This document shows, piece by piece, positions 8,014 through 17,087 of a DNA stretch of 32,000 nucleotides (the first letter of the stretch is position 1; every line of letters begins with the position of its first letter). The stretch lies in contig CP010514.1 in assembly GCA_001552015.1 (NCBI GenBank), forward strand, positions 180,001 to 212,000. The letters are read 5' to 3'. Source of the stretch: Candidatus Nanopusillus acidilobi. Its GTDB lineage: Archaea > Nanobdellota > Nanobdellia > Nanobdellales > Nanobdellaceae. The position numbers and the translations under genes are program-made. The notes below the pieces were generated by a model that did not search any database, was not told where the DNA came from, and worked only from the letters and a program-made list of their open reading frames with translations.

Positions 8014-10250
8014 TTCTTATATTCTTCTTCAAAAATCTTTTTAATTCTTTCAGCTTTCTTTTCTCCAATAATATTTTCTAAATCAGTTTTATTTGCTAAA
8101 AAAATGTTCTTTAATGATTTAAACTTTTCTAATAATTTTAATGCTAGGTTTTCTCCAATACCTGGTATAGATTTTAATATTTCTAATTTAACTTCATCAA
8201 GATCTTCATAATTTTTTACTTTTTCAGGTATATTTGGGAATTTATTATAATTTTTTGCCAATAAATATAAATAATTTGCTGTTTCCAAAAAATCCGAAGT
8301 TCTTATAACTGGTATTTTATATTCCAAAATTATTTTTAATATCAATGTCCTTATGTAACTTATTGAAATATTTGTATCTATTCCAAAATTATCTTCAGTT
8401 CCTTCCAATATTAATATAGATTTTTTATCCTTCAATTTTTCTAATTGATTATATAACCTTCCATCTATTATAGAATTAATGAAATCTAATATATTTTTTC
8501 TTTCAATTATTAGATCTCCTATTATATAATCTCCAACATCTAAATTTTCTAATTTTATTAAAATATCTGTATTTGCTAAGGTTTGTACTACCCCAGATTC
8601 TTTTTCTTTATAATCTACAATAATCATAGGAACATTTGATTTTGTATTAATTACATTAGATGAATTATCTTTTTCTTGAGAGGTCTGACTACCTGTAATA
8701 TACTTAAATATTCCTCCAGATTTTTCAACACTTTCAGTCATCATTTTATTATTTATATTATTTTCCTCTATATTATTATTTATTTTTAGATATTTTTTTA
8801 TTCTTTTAATTATATATAACATCTTTTTTTCTTTCTTTATTGAAACCCAGTAAAATCTTTCATCCATTGTATTCTTTGTAACTAATATTATTACTTCCCC
8901 TATTTCACCTCTGCCAGTTCTACCCCTTCTTTGTATATATCTAATTTCAGATGGTACAGGTTCATAAAATACTACAATATCAACTTTTGGAATATCAATA
9001 CCTTCTTCTCCAACTGATGTTGATAATAGTATATTGAATTTACCTTCAGAAAAATCTTTCAATAATTTTATTTGTTCGCTTCTACTCATTTCTTTTTTTC
9101 CAACAAATTTTTCAGCTTTTATATTATTCATATCGCAATATTCCTTTATTCTATCTAAAGTTTTCCTTATTTGTGCAAATACGATTATTTTTTTATCTTT
9201 ATTTTCCTTTAATATTTCTATTAATTTTAATAATTTTGGATGCTCAATATTCTTGTTAATATATTCATTTGCTAAATATATTGCTTTCTTTATTCTTATA
9301 TCACTTAAAATTTCGTAATCAGCTTTACTTTTTCTTATATCATTTTCAATATCTTTAAAATAGCTTATAAAAGTATATAATGTTTGTGTTTCTAAAACTT
9401 CTAATGCATGATATATTTTTAATGTTTCAGATAATAGTTCTACTATTTCTCTCAATCTATAATCTCTTCCTCTTATTTCTAAATTCTTTTTAATTTCTTC
9501 TATCCATTTTAATATATCTTTTTTACCTTTACTAATATCAATTGATGGATCTAATTCTTTTATTTTTGATATTCTCAAATCTATTGCCTTTATTATCAAA
9601 TCTCTAATATTATTTAATTCATTATTCAATTCTACATCTATTCTTTTAATTTCAATACCAGTCATATATTTTTTAATATCATTTTCTTCTCCAGTTCTTA
9701 TTTCAATGTTTTTTATATATAGATTATTTATTACTTCTTCTATTCTTTCAATATTCCAACCTGGAGAAGCAGTTAGTCCAATTATTCTATAATCCTTTGC
9801 CTGTTCTACAAATTTTTTTGCAATAAATGTATATGAATATTTTTTAACTGCTCTATGTGCTTCATCAAATATTATTGTTGATGCATCATAGAATGTTATC
9901 CTTCCACTTATTAAATCATTTTGTAATGTCTGTGGTGTTACAAAAATTATTTTTCCTTGTTTATATAAATAATTTCTTCTCTCCTGTTGAATATCTCCAG
10001 TAATTACAATACTTTTATCTTTTAGATCTGGGAAAAATTTTATGAAATTATTATAATGTTGGGTTACTAATGGTTTTGTTGGAGCTAAAAAATATATTTT
10101 TTTATCTGGAAATAATTTTAATCTTTCAATAATAAGAAAAAAGGCAATAATTGTTTTTCCAGTACCTGTTGGTAATATAACAAGTGTATTTTCTCTTAAA
10201 CATGATTCTAATATATTTTTTTGATATTCTCTTAATTCTATAGAAGGCAT
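8010..10250 (-). CDS. hef: Hef-type helicase-nuclease (SF2 helicase plus XPF/Mus81-type nuclease and HhH)
   Basis: LPTGTGKT Walker A, FDEAH, QRRGRTGR helicase motifs, then nuclease motif IIGDLIIERKNILDFINSI and C-terminal HhH repeats (LKSIPGIGENLALKLL). Confidence 0.95.
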   Translation of the reverse strand: MPSIELREYQKNILESCLRENTLVILPTGTGKTIIAFFLIIERLKLFPDKKIYFLAPTKPLVTQHYNNFIKFFPDLKDKSIVITGDIQQERRNYLYKQGKIIFVTPQTLQNDLISGRITFYDASTIIFDEAHRAVKKYSYTFIAKKFVEQAKDYRIIGLTASPGWNIERIEEVINNLYIKNIEIRTGEENDIKKYMTGIEIKRIDVELNNELNNIRDLIIKAIDLRISKIKELDPSIDISKGKKDILKWIEEIKKNLEIRGRDYRLREIVELLSETLKIYHALEVLETQTLYTFISYFKDIENDIRKSKADYEILSDIRIKKAIYLANEYINKNIEHPKLLKLIEILKENKDKKIIVFAQIRKTLDRIKEYCDMNNIKAEKFVGKKEMSRSEQIKLLKDFSEGKFNILLSTSVGEEGIDIPKVDIVVFYEPVPSEIRYIQRRGRTGRGEIGEVIILVTKNTMDERFYWVSIKKEKKMLYIIKRIKKYLKINNNIEENNINNKMMTESVEKSGGIFKYITGSQTSQEKDNSSNVINTKSNVPMIIVDYKEKESGVVQTLANTDILIKLENLDVGDYIIGDLIIERKNILDFINSIIDGRLYNQLEKLKDKKSILILEGTEDNFGIDTNISISYIRTLILKIILEYKIPVIRTSDFLETANYLYLLAKNYNKFPNIPEKVKNYEDLDEVKLEILKSIPGIGENLALKLLEKFKSLKNIFLANKTDLENIIGEKKAERIKKIFEEEYKK

Positions 10251-10274
10251 AATATAAAAATATTAAAAAAGTTT

Positions 10275-10556
10275 TTATTTATTTATGAATTCTGTAATTT
10301 TCTTTTGTACATCGTTTTCACTAAATATATTAAAATAATCTTTGTATTTTTCAATTATATTCTTATCAATATCTCCTATAACTATTATATTGATTTTTCC
10401 TTTTTTTCTATATTTTTCTTTATATTTTTTTAATGCTTCAAATATAGATTCAAGATCATTTATATCTTTTGTATAATTTTTTATATACCAAATTAAATTA
10501 TCATTACCTTCTAAAGATATATTCTTAGTTATTTTTATTACTAAACTATATCTCAT
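10275..10556 (-). CDS. Small hypothetical protein (93 aa)
   Basis: ORF packed between hef and trm1 in the same direction; no recognised family. Confidence 0.6.
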   Translation of the reverse strand: MRYSLVIKITKNISLEGNDNLIWYIKNYTKDINDLESIFEALKKYKEKYRKKGKINIIVIGDIDKNIIEKYKDYFNIFSENDVQKKITEFINK

Positions 10557-10563
10557 AATATAT

Positions 10564-11649
10564 TTATATTTTTGGATAGTATAAAGTTTTTATTCCATAA
10601 TCTGTAAAATGAGTTCTACATCCATTATTTATTTCTAATATTTTTTCTATTTTTGGTAAATTATTTTTATAAAAAGAGGAAATTTTTCTTATATCATAAT
10701 AATACCATAAATCTGATTTTGAATCGCAATTTAATATTCTATTAATTATTTTCCTTTCATCCTTATCTAAATTTAATAAACTAATATTATTTCTAATATC
10801 ATTTAATATATTTTCATCATATAATCTTCCAATATATATGGGTCCTAATTTAATTAAATCATTATTACATACTTTACATTTCCCATTTTCTAAAGATTTA
10901 TATCCACAATTTTTACAATAATATATTTCTTTTATATTTTCCATTAAATAATTTATATCCTTACTCTTAGTACTCTTTTTAACAAATATTCTATAATGAT
11001 GATTATAATAATATGAAAAAATTGGGATTAATGCAATATCATATTTTAATCCTTCAATTATTATATATTTTGCTAAATTTCTTAACCCAAATTCTAAATA
11101 AAAATCTGTTTTAATTCCTATTGTATTATATTTTCTAAAACAGGATTTTGGTTTTGATCCAGATAATGATGAAATATCTGTTGCAGTAATTCCAGCAATT
11201 CCATTATTTTTTAATGCTTTTGGTAATAATTCTACAAAACCTATTGGGGAACCAAATGGATCTATATCAATATAATCAAATTTATATTTCAATAATATTT
11301 CTCTACAATCTTTATTTGATATAATTATTCTTTCATCATTTTCCAAATTATTAATCTTTAAATTTTCTTTTATATTTTCTATTGCTTCTTTTTTTATATC
11401 ATTTATATATATTTTATTTACAACTTCTGGTATTTCCTTTAATATTCTTATAGATCTAACTCCAGTAGCAGCCATACAATCTAGAATATCGAATTTTTTC
11501 TTTATTATATTATAATAAGATTTTAATATTATTATTGTAAAATCTCTATTTATTTTCATTAAAGGGTTATAAAATACTGGTAATTTTGATGATAATTTCT
11601 TTAAAAAATCAGGATTATAATTTATTATTGCCTTTCCTTCATTCATCAA
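10564..11649 (-). CDS. trm1: tRNA (guanine26-N2)-dimethyltransferase
   Basis: EGKAIINYNP N-terminus, FDILDCMAATGVRSIR SAM motif, FDYIDIDPFGSP motif, CKNCGYKS...CKVC zinc motif. Met at 11646 is an alternative start. Confidence 0.95.
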   Translation of the reverse strand: MMNEGKAIINYNPDFLKKLSSKLPVFYNPLMKINRDFTIIILKSYYNIIKKKFDILDCMAATGVRSIRILKEIPEVVNKIYINDIKKEAIENIKENLKINNLENDERIIISNKDCREILLKYKFDYIDIDPFGSPIGFVELLPKALKNNGIAGITATDISSLSGSKPKSCFRKYNTIGIKTDFYLEFGLRNLAKYIIIEGLKYDIALIPIFSYYYNHHYRIFVKKSTKSKDINYLMENIKEIYYCKNCGYKSLENGKCKVCNNDLIKLGPIYIGRLYDENILNDIRNNISLLNLDKDERKIINRILNCDSKSDLWYYYDIRKISSFYKNNLPKIEKILEINNGCRTHFTDYGIKTLYYPKI

Positions 11650-11980
11650 TATCTACAAATATTTTATCTTCTTTTTTAATTATTCTTAACTTATATCTTG
11701 TTGGTGGTTTTTTAATTCCCCTAGACCAAATATAATTATTTAATCTTACAGATAATAAAACATTTTTTGATTTATATCTTTTCATTATAGTTTCCCTTAT
11801 TACTCTTGCTGCCTTTTTTGCTCTTCTTTTTAATGGCGTTTTTAATATCCATTTCCTTATATTTATTTTTATATGAAATTCTTGTATACTTTCTTTCTTT
11901 TCAATATTCTCTTGAGTTTGTTGAACTTGTTGATTTTGTTGAACATTTTCTGTTTGTTGTAATTGAGTTTCTTCAGGCAT
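11639..11980 (-). CDS. rpl31e: Ribosomal protein L31e with Gln/Glu-rich N-terminal extension
   Basis: LKTPLKRRAKKAARVIRETIMKRYKS...VRLNNYIWSRGIKKPPTRYKLRI is the L31e core. Confidence 0.9.
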   Translation of the reverse strand: MPEETQLQQTENVQQNQQVQQTQENIEKKESIQEFHIKINIRKWILKTPLKRRAKKAARVIRETIMKRYKSKNVLLSVRLNNYIWSRGIKKPPTRYKLRIIKKEDKIFVDIDE

Positions 11981-12003
11981 TATGATATTTGAATAACAAA
12001 ATT

Positions 12004-12744
12004 TTATAAAGTTTGATTTTTATTTTTTCTACAATTTTCTATATTTTCTTTTGCAATTCTAAGCATTCCCATTAATAAAGAATATTCTCTTTTTGTAATT
12101 AATGCTTTTCCAATTAGATTTCTTAATCCCCTATATATAAAGGGTTTTCTATAATCCTGAGAAGGTAATACATCTACAAAATCTTTAAACATTTTATATA
12201 AATATTTTCTTTCTTGATTATTTATTAATTTAAATACTTTTCTTATCGGATTATTTTTTGAAATAAATAATTCATACAATATTATTGCCGCAGAATGGGT
12301 TATATTCATTATTGGATATTCTTCACTTGCAGGAATTGTAATTATTCCATCAAATTTATTTAATTCTTCATTGCTAAAACCTTTAGATTCTCTTCCAAAA
12401 AATATACCAATCTTTCCATCATATTTATATATAGAATTTGCAAATTCTCTAGGAGTTAAAGGATTTCTTAATACTTCATTTCCCATCTTTGAAGAAACTC
12501 CAGTTGTACCATAATTTATATCAAATAAATCAATTACCTCATCTAAATTATTGTATATTTTCATATTCTTTATTATTTCCCATCCTTTTTCTCTTGCAAC
12601 AATCTTTACTTTATCTCCATAAGGATTTACCTTAGGATTTACTAATATTAATTTTTTAAAATCAAAATTTGCCATTACTCTTGCTAATGCACCTATATTA
12701 TCTTCAGATTCTGGTTCTACAAATACAATATAAAAATCAATCAT
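12004..12744 (-). CDS. trmJ: TrmJ-like SPOUT RNA methyltransferase (tRNA Cm32/Um32-type)
   Basis: FVEPESEDNIGALARVMANF, IGIFFGRESKGFSNEEL, ITIPASEEYPIMNITHSAAIILYELF. Confidence 0.87.
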   Translation of the reverse strand: MIDFYIVFVEPESEDNIGALARVMANFDFKKLILVNPKVNPYGDKVKIVAREKGWEIIKNMKIYNNLDEVIDLFDINYGTTGVSSKMGNEVLRNPLTPREFANSIYKYDGKIGIFFGRESKGFSNEELNKFDGIITIPASEEYPIMNITHSAAIILYELFISKNNPIRKVFKLINNQERKYLYKMFKDFVDVLPSQDYRKPFIYRGLRNLIGKALITKREYSLLMGMLRIAKENIENCRKNKNQTL

Positions 12745-14075
12745 GGTTCCAATCTATTTGGATCTCTTGGTATTAATACAGCTTCTTTTACATTTTCAAT
12801 ATTTAATAATTGTTTTATATATCTAGCAATACCAAATCCAAATCCACCCATTGTCGGAGCTCCATATTTAAAGAATTCTAAATAATATTTAAAATTATCT
12901 GGATTTAATCCTTTTTCTTTTATTTGTTCTAATAATATTTTATATCTATGTTCTCTTTGAGAACCTGTAGAAATTTCCAAACCATTATATAATAGATCAA
13001 AGCTTTTTGTTGTTATCATTCCATTTTTCATTGGTTCTCCCTTCATATGATAAAATGGTCTTGCAGTCCAGGGCCAGTCAATTATAAATACAAATTCATT
13101 ATCATATGTTTTTTTAACATAATCTCCCAGAATTTTTTCTCCTTCAGATGTTATATCTCCATTTTCTTTTATATTACTTTTTCCAATAATTTCGTATACT
13201 TCTTCCATTTTTATTTTTGGAATATTTTCTGGAATAAATACATCTACATTATAATATTTCTTTATTTCATCTTCAAAATTTTCTTTTATTTTTTTATTTG
13301 TATATTTTACAATTTCTTCCAAAACTTTCATTACATCATAATGTGAACTTATATATCCAATTTCTACATCAAAAGATGTAAATTCAGTTAAATGTCTTGA
13401 TGTAAAGGAAGGTTCTGCCCTAAAAGCTGGTGCAATTTCAAATACTTTTTCAAAACCAGAACATATTGCCATTTGTTTATAGAATTGTGGTGATTGTGCT
13501 AAATAAGCTTTTCTATTAAAATAGTTTAATTCAAAAACTTCTGCTCCTCCTTCAGATGCTGTACTTATTATTTTTGGAGAAAATATTTCAATAAAATTAT
13601 TATTATATAAATATTCTCTAATATATTTTACTGCATATGACGTTAGTTTAATTATTAAACTTTTCTTTGGATCTCTAAGATCAATCCATCTATAATTCAT
13701 TCTTTTTTCGAAATATGAATTTTCATCTATAGGTAATCTATCCGCAGGTTCACTAATTAAATATATTTCCTCAGCAACAACTTCCTTATATTTTTTTGCA
13801 ATTCCTTTAATATATTTTCCTTTAACTACTATAAATGTATGTAAAGAAAATTCTTTGATAAATTCTAAATCATTAAATATATCTTTTTTTATTGTTATTT
13901 GAGCATCTCCAGTTTGATCTCTTAATATAATAAATGATATATTTCCAATATTTTTTATATTTACTATCCATCCTGCTAATACAACTTCTTTATTATATTC
14001 AATTTTTTCAAGCTCTCCTATATTTATCCTATTTTTTAATAATTCAAAGCCTCTGTTATAATTATATATGTCCAT
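12741..14075 (-). CDS. aspS: Aspartyl-tRNA synthetase (class II; Asn discrimination not determined)
   Basis: OB-fold N-terminus VVLAGWIVNIKNIGNISFIILRD; YLAQSPQFYKQMAICSGFEKVFEIAPAFRAE; GAPTMGGFGFGIARYIKQLL. Confidence 0.95.
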   Translation of the reverse strand: MDIYNYNRGFELLKNRINIGELEKIEYNKEVVLAGWIVNIKNIGNISFIILRDQTGDAQITIKKDIFNDLEFIKEFSLHTFIVVKGKYIKGIAKKYKEVVAEEIYLISEPADRLPIDENSYFEKRMNYRWIDLRDPKKSLIIKLTSYAVKYIREYLYNNNFIEIFSPKIISTASEGGAEVFELNYFNRKAYLAQSPQFYKQMAICSGFEKVFEIAPAFRAEPSFTSRHLTEFTSFDVEIGYISSHYDVMKVLEEIVKYTNKKIKENFEDEIKKYYNVDVFIPENIPKIKMEEVYEIIGKSNIKENGDITSEGEKILGDYVKKTYDNEFVFIIDWPWTARPFYHMKGEPMKNGMITTKSFDLLYNGLEISTGSQREHRYKILLEQIKEKGLNPDNFKYYLEFFKYGAPTMGGFGFGIARYIKQLLNIENVKEAVLIPRDPNRLEP

Positions 14076-14095
14076 AGAAAATTTAGTATAAATAA

Positions 14096-14788
14096 TTACT
14101 TTAAATTTTTCATTTTTATATCAATCATTGCATGCAATTCTTTATATATTATTGTCAATTTTTCTTCATAGCTTATATTTTTTCTTAGATCATATACTGA
14201 TAAAAAAGGGAGATATTTAATTTCAATATTTTTTAATTTATCTAAAAATAGTTTATATATTTCATTAAAATTATCATTAATTATTTTTTCTATTTCAATT
14301 CTCAATTTATCATATTCTTCAAATCTATTAAAGAATTTCTTAGTATAATAATCTACTACAAATATTGGTTTTTCAAATGAATATAATATTATTGCATCAC
14401 ATGTTTCTTTTCCAATTCCCTTTATTTTTAATAATTCTTCCCTTATTTTATTTATTTCCAATTTAGAAAAATTATCAATATTTTCATAGTTTTCTAATAT
14501 ATAATTAGATAAATATTTTAATGTTTCAAGTTTTCTTAATCTAAATGGAACTTTTATATCATTAATAGATAAATTATTTATATTTTCTAATCTAAATATA
14601 AAATTTTTTGATTTTAAATATTCTAAGTTTTTCTCTACTAGATTCCATTTTGTATTTTGAGTCAATATTGCTCCTATAATTATTTCTACTCTCCAATCCC
14701 CCTTATTTTTATTATGATAATTTATATCTACCGGCCACCAAAATTGAAAATCCATTTCTTTAATTAAATTTATAACAGATTTGTACAT
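14096..14788 (-). CDS. Endonuclease III-related HhH-GPD protein (COG2231-like), apparently lacking the FeS cysteine loop
   Basis: FWWPVD...VEIIIGAILTQNTKW; LKIKGIGKETCDAIILYSFEKPIFVVDYYTKKFFNR (HhH plus catalytic Asp). Confidence 0.87.
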   Translation of the reverse strand: MYKSVINLIKEMDFQFWWPVDINYHNKNKGDWRVEIIIGAILTQNTKWNLVEKNLEYLKSKNFIFRLENINNLSINDIKVPFRLRKLETLKYLSNYILENYENIDNFSKLEINKIREELLKIKGIGKETCDAIILYSFEKPIFVVDYYTKKFFNRFEEYDKLRIEIEKIINDNFNEIYKLFLDKLKNIEIKYLPFLSVYDLRKNISYEEKLTIIYKELHAMIDIKMKNLK

Positions 14789-14797
14789 AGAAGTATA

Positions 14798-15415
14798 ATG
14801 ATATTAGTAGATAAAAAAATTAAGGAATATATAAAGAATGGAAAAATAAAGATTGAACCATTTGATGAAAATATGATAGGTCCAGCATCATTGGATATAA
14901 GGTTGGGATATAAGTTTAGAGTATTTAAAACATTGGAAAAGGAAGTTATAGATGTAAAAGATTATTATGATGATATATATACAAGAATAGAAACTAAAGA
15001 TTATATAATACATATAGGAAAATATTCAGATCTTTATATATTGAAAAATGATAATGTTCCAATAATAATTCATCCAGGAGAATTTATTCTTGCATCAGTA
15101 TATGAATATATAGAATTGCCAGATAATATTGTTGGGCAAATACATGGTAGATCTTCGATTGGAAGACTTGGTTTAATAATACATACCTCTGCTGGTTATG
15201 TAGATCCTGGATATAAGGGATATTTAACATTAGAGATTATTAATGTAAATAAAGTTCCAATTAAAATATATCCAAAAACAAAGGTTGCTCAGATTGTTTT
15301 TATTGAAACAGAATCTTCAGAGGTACCATATGATAAAAGAATGGGATCCAAATATTTGAATGAAGAGGGTGCTACAGGATCTTTAATATCAAAAGACTTT
15401 AATAATAATTTTTAA
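14798..15415 (+). CDS. dcd: dCTP deaminase / dUTPase family
   Basis: IGPASLDIRLG, GQIHGRSSIGRLGLIIHTSAGYVDPGYKG, AQIVFIE. Confidence 0.95.
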   Translation: MILVDKKIKEYIKNGKIKIEPFDENMIGPASLDIRLGYKFRVFKTLEKEVIDVKDYYDDIYTRIETKDYIIHIGKYSDLYILKNDNVPIIIHPGEFILASVYEYIELPDNIVGQIHGRSSIGRLGLIIHTSAGYVDPGYKGYLTLEIINVNKVPIKIYPKTKVAQIVFIETESSEVPYDKRMGSKYLNEEGATGSLISKDFNNNF

Positions 15416-15439
15416 ACATTTTTTATAAGTTATGAAAAA

Positions 15440-15805
15440 ATGGTAAAAAGGACTGGTCCTACTAATATTTATCTAAGAAAATTGATAAATTTGTTAAAAA
15501 AGGAAGGAAAGAAAAATAATAGTAAGCTTTGGTTATATGTAGCTGAACTTCTAAGTAGACCAACAAGAAAAAGAGTTGAAGTAAATTTATCTAAATTGAA
15601 TAAGTATACAAACGATGGAGATACTGTTGTAGTTCCTGGAAAATTACTTGGTTATGGTATGATAAATAAAAAAATTACAGTTGCCGCATGGAGATATTCA
15701 TTAAATGCAAAAGAAAAACTGGAAAAGTCTGGTATTAAAATATTAACAATAGAGGACTTATTAAAGGCAAATCCAAGAGGTTCAAATATAAAAATAATAA
15801 TATGA
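15440..15805 (+). CDS. rpl18e: Ribosomal protein L18e
   Basis: LIDLLKK-like start, VAELLSRPTRKRVEVNLSKLNKYTNDGDTVVVPGKLLGYG; sits directly before L13 and S9. Confidence 0.95.
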   Translation: MVKRTGPTNIYLRKLINLLKKEGKKNNSKLWLYVAELLSRPTRKRVEVNLSKLNKYTNDGDTVVVPGKLLGYGMINKKITVAAWRYSLNAKEKLEKSGIKILTIEDLLKANPRGSNIKIII

Positions 15806-16248
15806 TAGCAATAGGAAGAAAATATATAGATGCAACAGATTCTATTTTAGGTAGATTGGCATCAAGAGTTGCTAAATATTTGTTAGAAGGATATGAAGTA
15901 TATATATTTAATGCTGAAAAGACTGTTTTGGTTGGAGAATGGAATAGTTTAATTAAATATTGGAATCATAAAGTAAATGAAAGGGGAGATTGGATAAAAG
16001 GTCCTTTTTATCCTAAAAGACCAGATAAAATATTAAGAAGGATAATTTATGGAATGTTACCAAAAAATAAGAGGGGTAAAGATGCACTTAAAAAAGTAAA
16101 AGTATTTTTAGGATTACCAGAAGAATTTAAAGATGTAAAATTGGAAAGGGTAGAAGAATCATTAATTCAGAATAGATTAAAGGTTGGAACAATAAAGGAA
16201 TATCATTATTTAGGTGATATATCAAGGCAAATTGGTGGAAAATTTTAA
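15802..16248 (+). CDS. rpl13: Ribosomal protein L13 (uL13)
   Basis: IDATDSILGRLASRVAKYLLEGYEVYIFNAEK...RRIIYGMLPKNKRGKDALKKVKVFLG. Confidence 0.96.
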   Translation: MIAIGRKYIDATDSILGRLASRVAKYLLEGYEVYIFNAEKTVLVGEWNSLIKYWNHKVNERGDWIKGPFYPKRPDKILRRIIYGMLPKNKRGKDALKKVKVFLGLPEEFKDVKLERVEESLIQNRLKVGTIKEYHYLGDISRQIGGKF

Positions 16249-16274
16249 AAATATAGTATATAAATTTATATAAC

Positions 16275-16673
16275 ATGACAATAATAGTTACAGCAAAAAG
16301 AAAAACAGCAATTGCAAGGGCATATATAGATGAAGGTAATGGTAAAGTTACAATAAATTCTATTCCATTACAAGTATATGAACCATTCTTAGCAAGATTA
16401 AGAATAAGTGAGCCATTAATATTGGCTGGAGAAGATTATATTTCAAAGGTAAATATAAGAGTTAAAGTAAAAGGTGGTGGATATATGGGAAAAGCCGATG
16501 CAGCCAGGATAGCTATTGCAAAAGGTTTAGTAAAATATTTTGATGATGATAAATTGAAATTATTATATTTACAATATGATCCATATATGTTAAAATCAGA
16601 TCCAAGAAGAAAAGAACAAAGAAAATCTCCTACCTCAAAAGCAAGAAAGCACTATACAACAGCCTATAGATAA
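16275..16673 (+). CDS. rps9: Ribosomal protein S9 (uS9)
   Basis: GKRKTAIARA-like start, KGGGYMGKADAARIAIAKGLVKY, C-terminal DPRRKEQRKSPTSKARKHYTTAYR. Confidence 0.97.
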   Translation: MTIIVTAKRKTAIARAYIDEGNGKVTINSIPLQVYEPFLARLRISEPLILAGEDYISKVNIRVKVKGGGYMGKADAARIAIAKGLVKYFDDDKLKLLYLQYDPYMLKSDPRRKEQRKSPTSKARKHYTTAYR

Positions 16674-16675
16674 AT

Positions 16676-17050
16676 TTATTCAACTTTTTCAACTTCTACT
16701 TTATTTTCAGTTTCTCCCTCTGTTGTTTCTTTACTATCTTTTTCTTCTCCTTCTTTTTCTGATGTAGATCTTACGGAATATACTGCTTTTGATATTATCC
16801 AAATCTGTCCCATTGCTTTAACTAATTGATGTGGAGCAATTATCCCCTTAATTCCTTTTTTAGATAAATCTGGATCTAATACTCTTATTTTCCATCCATA
16901 TATTTTATTATCACTTATTATTGCATCTTCAACTTCTCCTAAGAAATATCCATCTTCTGTGTATACCTTCGATCTCGTGGTTTCAGATATCTTTCTGATG
17001 TTCAATACCATAAAATAAAATAAATTATTGAATAATTTAAATTTTTTCAT
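16676..17050 (-). CDS. PRC-barrel domain protein with acidic tail (start probably the internal Met at MVLNIRKISE)
   Basis: VYTEDGYFLGEVEDAIISDNKIYGWKIRVLD...IIAPHQLVKAMGQIWII matches a PRC-barrel layout. Confidence 0.72.
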   Translation of the reverse strand: MKKFKLFNNLFYFMVLNIRKISETTRSKVYTEDGYFLGEVEDAIISDNKIYGWKIRVLDPDLSKKGIKGIIAPHQLVKAMGQIWIISKAVYSVRSTSEKEGEEKDSKETTEGETENKVEVEKVE

Positions 17051-17087
17051 GATTTAATTTTAAAAGGTGAAATGATATTATGAAATT

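Noticed and set aside
9034-9318. 94-aa plus-strand ORF
   Set aside because: Antisense to hef helicase coding sequence.
13047-13346. 99-aa plus-strand ORF (MIKWSCSPGPVNYKYKFIIICFFNII...)
   Set aside because: It is fully antisense to the well-supported aspS gene. Its Phe/Ile/Tyr-rich composition is what the reverse complement of AT-rich coding DNA gives.
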